Made by a program: the position numbers and the translations under genes
Part shown: positions 1 to 7,615 of the stretch, one piece after another
How the letters are laid out: the number at the start of each line of letters is the position of its first letter
Numbering within the stretch: position 1 is the first letter of the stretch
The notes under the pieces: model-generated
What the model was told of the DNA's origin: nothing
The model's input: only the letters and a program-made list of their open reading frames with translations
The model's database searches: none
Assembly: GCF_004010195.1 (NCBI RefSeq)
Contig: NC_057750.1
Coordinates: forward strand, 2,331,732 to 2,351,731
DNA length: 20,000 nucleotides
DNA from: Chiloscyllium plagiosum
Taxonomy: Eukaryota
Reading direction: 5' to 3'

Positions 1-439
1 ACACCCTTTGCACTGCACCCGAGATCGCTCTGGCTCCTGGGATGGGTCTGGAAGCTACAGCATCGGGAGAGATGTGAATGGTGAAGATATACCAAGGGAA
101 AACCAAAATGTGGGTCAACCGCCTGCATTGTTTTTGTTTAAAAATCTGGGTAATGAACAGGCCAGGGGATACGCAAGCAGAGAACGCGGTGTTGGTGCCA
201 ACCTCTGCCAGGCTTTACGTCTAAACGCAGCTTTGGAAAAGAACCTAAGACTGCGCCAAGAAAGTTTTGTTCAGGGCGGTCTGTTATCCCCTGGAGTGGT
301 TCCTGTCCTTGTTGTGAGGTACATGTGTTTTGGTCCGTTTATTCCCGGTTTATTGGGAGGTGAACGTGTTGCAATGAGCTTCCTGCCTGTGCAGTTACAA
401 CCAAAAGTACAAGACAGCAGGCGAAGTATGGGAGACCGT

Positions 440-562
440 GCGGACCACAGATGCTGGAAGTCAGGGTCAACAGAAGCGAGGCCAGCCTGAAACGTTAACT
501 TTCCTGCTCCTCTGATGCTGTCTGAGCTGCTCTGCTCTTCCAGCCTCCCATCATTGACTCTA
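440..562. mobile_element. Degenerate Penelope-like short element remnant
   Basis: 'gaaacgttaactttcctgctcctctgatgctgtctgagctgctctgctcttccagc' parallels 13550-13605 of this window, preceded by an oppositely oriented 'cagatgctggaag' end; the CTGATGA core is missing. Confidence 0.5.
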
Positions 563-626
563 AACATAGCACAAGAGGGGGGGGGAGGAGTTTACTGTCC
601 CACTAAAAGCAGGATGTTGGTGCTAA

Positions 627-1152
627 TTAGAGTCATAGAGTTCTTCAGCATGGAAACAGACCAACTCATCCATGCCGACCAGGTATCCCAACCTAATCTC
701 GTCCTTCGGTCCATCTTGTCCATGCTGACTAGACATCCTAACCCAATCTAATCCCATTTGCCAGCACCCGGCCCATATCCCTCCAAACCCTTCCTATTCA
801 TATACCCATCCAAATGCCTTTAAATGTTGCAATTATACCAGCCTCCACATCCCCTGGCAGCTCATTCCATACACGTACCACCCTCTGCGTGAAAACATTG
901 GCCCTCATATCCCTCCAAACCCTTCCTATTCATATACCCATCCAAATGCCTTTAAATGTTGCAATTGTACCAGCCTCCACCACATCCCTGACAGCTCATT
1001 CCATACACGTACCACCCTCTGCGTGAAAACATTGGCCCTCAGGTCCCTTTTATATCTTTCTCCTCTCACCCTAAACCTATGCCCACTAGTTCTAGACTCC
1101 CCAACCCAGGGAAAAGACCTCGTCTATTTACCCCATCCATGCCCCTCATGAT
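627..1152 (-). mobile_element. CR1/HER1-type LINE 3' fragment with internal tandem duplication
   Basis: Reverse complement of the same 3' end seen at 5644-6072 and 10516-10832; 774-905 is repeated at 906-1041. Confidence 0.85.
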
Positions 1153-1159
1153 GAGCTTG

Positions 1160-1518
1160 AATCTCAGAGATTTGAGGCCATGATAAAAGCTAACATTCCC
1201 ATTTAAGTCCTGACGGAATCAGAGATGCTGTCTTTCTGATGTGACATTAATCAAAGCCCCCTTCGGTGGGGAAGGGCCGGGAGGTGGGTAGATCCAAAAA
1301 ATCTCAAGGCGCTATTTCAATGGAGAGAATCAAGGCTTCATCCACCCCCCCATACTGATTCCTCACCCCGACATCTCAAAATAAGGAGGGGGGCTGTTGT
1401 CGCATCGCTGTTAGTGGGAGGTTACTGCGCCACGCGTTCTCCTTTACACTTTCTTCGGGGGCACCATGAGTGTTTCATTGGCATTCTGGAATGTCCTGAG
1501 GTGCTACGTAAATGCAGT
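1160..1518 (+). mobile_element. Degenerate DeuSINE (SacSINE1-like)
   Basis: Ordered motifs 'gctgtctttctgatgtgacattaa', 'ggcgctatttcaa', 'gctgttagtgggag' and tail 'gtgctacgtaaatgca' follow the recalled DeuSINE consensus. Confidence 0.55.
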
Positions 1519-1845
1519 GGCATGGTGATAATGTCCCGGGGGGGCTCAGATTTAATGCTGAGCAGATCAGAGCGGGATTCCGCTGGTGGAAATTAAATTC
1601 ACTTGAATCGATCAGGAACCGAAAGTCCATCTCAGTGACGGTGAGTGAGAAATTGTCAGTGACGGTGGGAAAAACCCATCTGGGTCACTAATGTCCTGAC
1701 CTTGAGGGAGGGGAATCTTCCCTCCTTACCCAGTCTGGCCTACATGTGACTGCAGCGATGTGGGTGACTCTTAACTGCCCCCTGAAATAGCCAAGTGAGA
1801 CCCTCAAGGGGTAAATAGGGAAGAGTAATAAACACTGACCTTGTT
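1519..1845 (+). mobile_element. tRNA-derived SINE (family with 'aaaacccatctggttcactaatgtcc' core)
   Basis: Core 'aaaacccatctgggtcactaatgtcc...ccttacccagtctggcctacatgtgact...gactcttaactgccc' is the reverse complement of 5180-5295. Confidence 0.7.
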
Positions 1846-1895
1846 ATGGATGAGGGTTTAGGACACCACTGTTTTCAATTGCGCCGTGTGGACAC

Positions 1896-2001
1896 TTTTA
1901 ACCAACCTCTTCAGAGATGGTACAGTCCACCCTCTGGAACAGGTGGGACTTGGACCCCCTATTCTAGAGGTAGGAACATTACCACTATACCACAAGAGCC
2001 C
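1896..2001 (-). mobile_element. Short tRNA-derived SINE
   Basis: Minus strand reads gggctcttgtggtatagtggt (A-box-like) ... gggtccaagtccc (B-box-like). Confidence 0.55.
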
Positions 2002-2084
2002 ATGCCCATTGACTGTGAGTTGTTTTACTGTCAGGGTGAGGCAGCACAGAAATAGCAGCGTTGGATATTACCACAAGGAAATGA

Positions 2085-2735
2085 ATAGGAATAGGCCATT
2101 CAGCCCCTCAAGCTTGCTGTGCCTTTCAATAGGATCATGACTGTTTGTTTAGAATTAATTGAATGGAATTAGCTTTACTGTCGCACGTAATCTCAAGAGT
2201 GCAGTGAAAGATTTGCCAGTTGCCACATACAGTGCCATTTTAGCTCCATCTCAGTGTAGGGTCCTTTATGCATAAAGCAGGAATACCAGGAAAACAATGT
2301 TTAGAAAGTGAAACATTACAGTCCCTCCTCCTAACTGGTAGGAACGCAAAGACATAGTTAACGGTTCGACCCCTCAATCCGTAAGCGTCTGGTCACGCTG
2401 AGCTCACAAAGACTCGACCTTCCCCACCCCACTGTGGGATCGACCTCACCCCCCACCAGCCACCCCGCAGTGCCTACTCCCCTGCTCCCACACTCCTCAC
2501 ATCCACTTTCCCTGTAACCCTCAATTCCCCGACTGATCAAGATTCTCTCGATCTCAGCCTTAAATATGCGCACGGACTCTACCCCCACGGCTCTCTGGGG
2601 CAAGGAGTTCCAAAGACTCTTGACCCTCACAGAAGAAATTCCTCCTCAATCTTGGTCTTCAGTTGGTGCCCTTTTACTCTGAGACTGTGCCCTCTGGCCC
2701 TAGACCCTCCCATCATGGGAACATCCTTTCAGCAC
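2085..2735 (-). mobile_element. CR1 LINE 3' fragment interrupted by unrelated sequence (~2145-2480)
   Basis: ORF 2358-2630(-) RVKSLWNSLPQRAVGVESVRIFKAEIERILISRGIEGY is the CR1 ORF2 C-terminus; 3' tail 'aggccattcagcccctcaagc' at ~2093. Confidence 0.75.
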
Positions 2736-2792
2736 TCAACATTATGTCAGCCACCTAGAATCGTACACATGTTCCCAAAACTGATGTCAAAA

Positions 2793-2822
2793 CTAATGTT
2801 CTTTGTGTTCCTTTGTGTTTAG
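2793..2822 (+). promoter_or_regulatory. 3' splice site (branch point, pyrimidine tract, AG)
   Basis: CTAAT at 2793-2797, then gttctttgtgttcctttgtgtttAG ending at 2822. Confidence 0.8.
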
Positions 2823-2912
2823 GAATTCATCACGGAGCTATTAAGGAAGTTACAGGGACTTCATAAAGTGGAGGTGCAGAAAGTTGGACTGGAGTCCCCC
2901 CAACAACACTAA
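2823..2912 (+). CDS. PPP1R14A: Terminal coding exon of protein phosphatase 1 regulatory inhibitor subunit 14A (CPI-17)
   Basis: Phase-0 translation after AG: EFITELLRKLQGLHKVEVQKVGLESPQQH*. Compare recalled human CPI-17 DFIQELLAKLQGLHRQ. LQGLH fits 14A better than 14B/14C (IRGM). Upstream exons were not found in the window. Confidence 0.82.
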   Translation, partial: EFITELLRKLQGLHKVEVQKVGLESPQQH

Positions 2913-3102
2913 GAGGCTGTTGATAGACATTACTGGGCTGTGAAGGGGAATTTCTTTTAAAGAATTCTTTTGGCACTGTTGTAGAAACTAAATGGCATGT
3001 ATTTTGCTTGCCTCTTGCTAATGCAGAATAAGCTTTCAAAGGCAATTATTTTGCCGGATATATAAAATGTTTTGTTTTTGGTTGTTTTTTTTTGTTAATG
3101 CA

Positions 3103-3108
3103 ATTAAA
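3103..3108 (+). terminator. Candidate polyadenylation signal ATTAAA
   Basis: ~190 nt after the stop codon, with a T-rich run upstream, and CA then GT-rich 'ctgggtttctctggtttg' downstream; alternative AATAAA near 3931. Confidence 0.45.
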
Positions 3109-3204
3109 GAGATTGACACAGGCTCTGGGTTTCTCTGGTTTGAATACACAATCCCTCTGCTTGTGTTACTTTCAGCAGCTTTCCAATGGATTAGTTAATG
3201 AAGG

Positions 3205-3291
3205 CACGCACACACAGACAGACAGACACAGACAGAGACAGACACAGAGACACAGACACACGCGCACACACACACACACACACACACACAG
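3205..3291. repeat. (CA)n/(CAGA)n compound microsatellite
   Basis: Directly visible. Confidence 0.95.
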
Positions 3292-3304
3292 ATAAAGGTA
3301 GGGC

Positions 3305-3485
3305 AAGAAATGCTGGGAGAATGCTCCAGATGGTATCTGTGGAAAGAGAAAAGCAGCGTTTCAGGTCAGTCACCTTCCTGTAACCCAAGCGTAGAGGAAC
3401 ATAAGTTTCTTTCTCTCTCTCTGCCATCTCTTTTGGCAGTTTCCGGCACTGTGTACTTTCATTGTGGATTTCCAGCATGTGCACC
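3305..3485. mobile_element. Highly degenerate Penelope-like short element, inverted arrangement
   Basis: 'aaatgctgggagaa...atctgtggaaagagaa...cgtttcaggtc' resembles 10975-11075; ends 'gatttccagcatgtgca'. Confidence 0.4.
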
Positions 3486-3689
3486 AGTTCACTGCAGTTC
3501 AGAAGGAAAGACCTTTCCTCTAGACCAGCCACCACACACATTGCTGCTCTTTGGAGACAGTCGATACACAAGGTCAGGTAATGTTTCTGATCTCCTGCTG
3601 TACCTGAGATGTGTTGCTGAACACTGCATAATTTTCGAGGGACAGAGAGCAGAAAGAAGGTGGGGTCAAAGGACTCAGGCAAAGGAGAC

Positions 3690-3976
3690 CCTGGCCATTT
3701 GGCCCATCGAGTGTACTCTGCTGTTCCATAAGGACGTAGCTGGTGTGGTTGCAGTGCAAATTCAGAACTGATCTGTAATCAATGGCTTTGTTCTTGGAAG
3801 AGTTTTCCAGAGTCTGTATATGGAAATATTCCCTAATTTCACTTATCAAAGATCTGTACCCACTCATTCCCAAACCACCCAGTCAGTCCTCCCAATCTCC
3901 CCAAGTGGCTGATATCTTAATAACTTCCCAAATAAATCATTCCTTAGCCTAAATTCCACAGAATGGCCAACCCTCA
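3690..3976 (-). mobile_element. Old CR1 3' remnant
   Basis: 'ggccatttggcccatcgag...' tail and 'aaattccacagaatggccaaccctc' (reverse of RVxxLWN). Confidence 0.4.
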
Positions 3977-4198
3977 TGACTGTAATCTCACCTCGTCACG
4001 TGTAATCTCCCTGCGGAGCCCTTGGCTCACATCCGGAGAAAATTCCTGAGTGTGGAACTTCCCAACACAAGGACTGGAGGTTGAGAAGACTGACCCCTTG
4101 CTGCAGCTGGGCAGATTGCAGCTCACTCAGGAGAGTCCAACTGCCCATTGAAACAGGAGTGCAGCCTCACAGCCTCCTCTTCTGGGTCCAAACAGCAG

Positions 4199-4560
4199 CA
4201 CAGAATTATTACAGCACAGGAGGAGCCCATTTGGCCCATCGTGTCTGCGCTGGCTTGCTATATGCACTTGTGCCAATCTCCTGTATCTCCCCCATTCCTT
4301 TCTGTTTTACTCCGAGTAACCTGCTGATGCCCCTTTTGAATGACTCAACTGAACCTGCCTCCACCATATTTTAAGACCGTGCAGTCTACACCCTAACTAC
4401 TCACTGAGTGAAAATGTTTCTCCACCCTCACTTCTCTTGCAGATCACTTTAAATCTATACCCTTCCTGTTCTTGTCGCTTTTGTCAGGCAGGAACGCCTC
4501 CCTATCTACTCTATCCAGGTCCACTCAATTTTGGAAACTTCTTTGAGATCTCCTTCTGTC
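4199..4560 (-). mobile_element. CR1 LINE 3' fragment
   Basis: 'catttggcccatcgtgtctg', 'gaacctgcctccacc', 'ccctaactactcactgagtgaaaa' and 'ccctatctactctatcc' occur in CR1 3' order. Confidence 0.65.
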
Positions 4561-4939
4561 GCAGTCCCAACGCAGAGGTTTGCAGGATTTGATGTTTTTT
4601 TTGGGTTGTGAAGCAGCATCCAGTTTTAAGCAGCCCCAAGTTCGATGTATCTGCTGCAGTGAGAGTGACGGTGTTCAGACCTCACTCAAACCACCGTTTC
4701 CTCCTTTGGGTTCTCTGTTTTTATTTTGAAGTTGTCGGTTTTCCACGGAGTCTGCCATGTATTCTGTAATTTAACCCAGTAGCTTTCATGATTATAGGGA
4801 TCCCAAAGAGTTTGAGGACTTTGTGTATGATTGGTACAATGGACCTGAGCACATTAGGATGATGTGGTACTCTGTAAAGTTATTGCTAACTCAGGAACCA
4901 CTCAGTTTCTACACAAGTTCCCACTGACAAGATGGCAGT

Positions 4940-5122
4940 AATGACTAGATCCTCTGGTTTAATGATGGTGACTGAGGGAAAACTATTGGCCAGGCAGGAC
5001 TCTCCAGCTCTTCAAAACAATGTCTGGGCCTGTCCTTCTGTCCATTGAAGGAGCCTTAGTTTAAACATCACATTTAAAGGCTCAACTCCTTTGACAGTGT
5101 GGCACTCCCTCATTGCTGTGGG
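4940..5122 (-). mobile_element. DeuSINE (SacSINE1-like) fragment
   Basis: 'tgagggaaaactattggccagg...ctcttcaaaa...gtttaaacatc...gacagtgtggcactccctca' is the reverse of the DeuSINE body. Confidence 0.6.
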
Positions 5123-5127
5123 ATCTT

Positions 5128-5480
5128 TAATTATTCACAGGATGAGGATGTCACTGGCTGGGCCAGAATTTATTGTCCATCCCTAACTGCACAGAGGGTG
5201 GTTAAGAGTCAACCTCATTGCTGTGGGTCTGGAGTCACGCGTAGGCCAGACCAGGTAAGGATTCCTTTCCTAACAGACGTCAGTGAACCAGATTCCCCAC
5301 CGCACCCCCCCCCCAAACAATTCAGCAACGGATTCAGGCCTTCATTAGGCCCTTAACTCCAGGTTTTTTTTAAATTGAGTTCATCTACTATGGTAGGATT
5401 TGAACCCAGTTCCCCCCCAACGTCACATTGGGTCTCTGAATTAACAGTCCCTTAATAATGCCACTAGGCCATCACCTCCA
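5128..5480 (-). mobile_element. Near full-length tRNA-derived SINE (same family as 1519-1845)
   Basis: Minus-strand head ggaggtgatggcctagtgg (A box) and gggttcaaatcc (B box); shared core. Confidence 0.8.
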
Positions 5481-5504
5481 CCACAGTGTCTGTTCAAGGC
5501 TCTG

Positions 5505-5643
5505 GGATGGGTGGCTCAGTGGTTAGCACTGCTGCCTCACAGTGCCAGGGACCTGGGTTCGATCCCACCCTTGGGGACCGTCTAGGTGGAATTTACATGT
5601 TCTCCCCGTGTCTGCGTAGGTTTCCTCCCACAGTCCAAAGATG
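5505..5643 (+). mobile_element. HE1-like V-SINE, 5' part
   Basis: gtggctcagtggttagcactgctgcctcacagtgccagggacctgggttcgatccc (A/B boxes); V-domain 'tctccccgtgtctgcgt...tttcctcccacagtccaaagatg'. Confidence 0.85.
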
Positions 5644-6073
5644 GAGAGAGTTAAAAGACGAGGTTTTTTTCCCCAGAGGTGGGGGAGTCCAGAACTAGAG
5701 CGCATAGGTTCAGAGTGAGAGGGGAAACATTGAAAAGGGACCTCAGAAGCAACGTTTTCTCCCAGAGGGTGGGGGAGTCCAGAACTAGAGGGCATAGGTT
5801 TAGGATGAGAGGGGGCAAGAGACCTAAGAGGCAACTTTTTCACACAGAGGGTGGTACGTGTATGGAATGAGCTGCCAGAGGAAGAGGTGGAGGCTGGTAC
5901 AATTACAACATTTAAAAGGCATCTGGATGAGTATATGAATAGGAAGGGTTTAGAGGGATATGGGCCAAGTGCTGGCAATGGGACGAGGTTAGATTAGGAT
6001 ATCTGGTCGGCATAGACGAGTTGGACTGAAGGGTCTGTTTCTGTGCTGTACAGCTCTTTGACTCTATGGCTCT
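5644..6073 (+). mobile_element. CR1/HER1 3' fragment nested in the HE1 SINE
   Basis: Encodes GESRTRGHRFR...FFTQRVVRVWNELPEE-like residues; ends in a 'tgactctatggctct' tail; ~90-bp internal duplication. Confidence 0.85.
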
Positions 6074-6180
6074 ATGTGCAGGTTAGGGTGGATTGGCCAT
6101 TCTAAATTGCCCATAATGTCCAACGATGTGCAGGTTAGGTGGGTTAGCCGTGGGAAATGCAGGGTTACAGGGATAGGGTC
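6074..6180 (+). mobile_element. HE1-like V-SINE continuation, cut by LTR insertion
   Basis: 'atgtgcaggttagggtggattggccat...gggttacagggatagggtc' continues the SINE from 5643; duplicated at 6783-6889. Confidence 0.8.
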
Positions 6181-6718
6181 CGTCACAAAACAAGTTCCTT
6201 TTTTCTTGGCTCAAGGAGACTCTGTCCTTGATTTGTTTCAGAGGGACAGTAAACCAGGCCGGGCTCCAATCAGCCTGGTTTGGTACAGAGATGACAAAGA
6301 ATTTTGATAGGCCTTTTGTTTATATGTAAACGGATGAGACTTCAGGCCAAAGTGGCCATGCATTAGAAGTGACCTGTATAATGAAAGGGGAGCGGTCAGC
6401 CCTCTGGCTGAGCTGGGCTGAGCAGTTTTACTTCAGTCTTGAACTGGTGAGGAGTTCAACAGTGAGGAAACTCTCTCTCTCTTTCTCTTTCTACCTTCAA
6501 CTTCACCCTGTAAGCATGTGTTCATTTATACTGGGTTTTTAAAGGGAGTTTGCTTATTGGGACTGTTGTGTATTCGGAACAGCATAATTAAGTCTAGTTT
6601 CGATAGACTGAGTTCTGTAGGGGTTCTTTGTGTTTCATTGTGTAATTTTGTGAATACATGTTTTGTCTGTTTTAAACCTGGTAGTCAACCTTACTAACTT
6701 ACTCCGGGTAATTTTCAC
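6181..6718 (+). mobile_element. 3'-truncated LTR copy
   Basis: Matches 6890-7429. Confidence 0.8.
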
Positions 6719-6889
6719 GCATAGACGAGTTGGACTGAAGGGTCTGTTTCTGTGCTGTACAGCTCTTTGACTCTATGGCTCTATGTGCAGGTTAGGGTGG
6801 ATTGGCCATTCTAAATTGCCCATAATGTCCAACGATGTGCAGGTTAGGTGGGTTAGCCGTGGGAAATGCAGGGTTACAGGGATAGGGTC

Positions 6890-7515
6890 CGTCACAAAAC
6901 AAGTTCCTTTTTTCTTGGCTCAAGGAGACTCTGTCCTTGATTTGTTTCAGAGGGACAGTAAACCAGGCCGGGCTCCAATCAGCCTGGTTTGGTACAGAGA
7001 TGACAAAGAATTTTGATAGGCCTTTTGTTTATATGTAAACGGATGAGACTTCAGGCCAAAGTGGTCATGCTTTAGAAGTGACCTGTATAATGAAAGGGGA
7101 GCGGTCAGCTCTCTGGCTGAGCTGGGCTGAGCAGTTTTACTTCAGTCTTGAACTGGTGAGGAGTTCAACAGTGAGAAAACTCTCTCTCTCTTTCTCTTTC
7201 TACCTTCAACTTCAACCTGTAAGCATGGGTTCCATTTATACTGGTTTTTAAAGGGAGTTTGGTTATTGGGACTGTTGTGTATATTCGGAACAGCATAATT
7301 AAGTCAAGTTTCGATAGACTGAGTTCTGTAGGGGTTCTTTGTGTTTCATTGTGTAATTTTGTGAATACATGTTTCGTCTGTTTTAAACTTGGTAGTCAAC
7401 CTTACTAACTTACTCCGGGTAATTTTCCCTGTACACTTACCGAAACAAATTGCAAAGTTGTGGTCTGGGCTGCCTGCTTAAGAACATTTTGAGTGGTCTG
7501 GCCTAGTCCATAATA
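6890..7515 (+). mobile_element. 5' LTR of Gmr1-like retrotransposon (~626 bp)
   Basis: Starts where SINE homology stops (cgtcac, decayed TG) and ends ccataata (decayed CA), immediately before the PBS. Confidence 0.75.
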
Positions 7516-7518
7516 GAT

Positions 7519-7539
7519 TGGGGACTCCTTGTGGGATTT
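7519..7539 (+). promoter_or_regulatory. Primer-binding site, tRNA-Pro-like
   Basis: TGGGGACTCCTTGTGGGATTT versus complement of the tRNA-Pro 3' end, TGGGGGCTCGTCCGGGATTT. Confidence 0.65.
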
Positions 7540-7615
7540 CAAACAGCGAGTGGTAGGTGTTAATGTCTTTATTTCGGGTGTTGGTTTGGTTGGGTAGACA
7601 AAGTTCGGGATAAGA

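Larger units (their letters stand above)
6010..7429 (+). repeat. ~709-bp direct tandem duplication (6010-6718 / 6719-7429)
   Basis: Identical ORFs at 6074 and 6783 (offset 709); junction 'aattttcac|gcatagacg' at 6718/6719. Confidence 0.95.

Noticed and set aside
8..490. 160-aa ORF or upstream PPP1R14A exon
   Set aside because: Non-ATG start and no recognisable homology; the AG..GT interval 275-318 does not encode a CPI-17-like peptide
5505..5575. tRNA gene (also 12470-12545)
   Set aside because: A/B boxes run directly into SINE bodies, and no full cloverleaf is evident
6074..7016. Two identical 77-aa ORFs as a duplicated gene
   Set aside because: Chance frame across the SINE/LTR junction inside the tandem duplication
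6181..7515. 5'/3' LTR pair of a tiny element (TRIM)
   Set aside because: The spacer is a copy of the upstream flank with no PBS or PPT, and the first LTR is truncated
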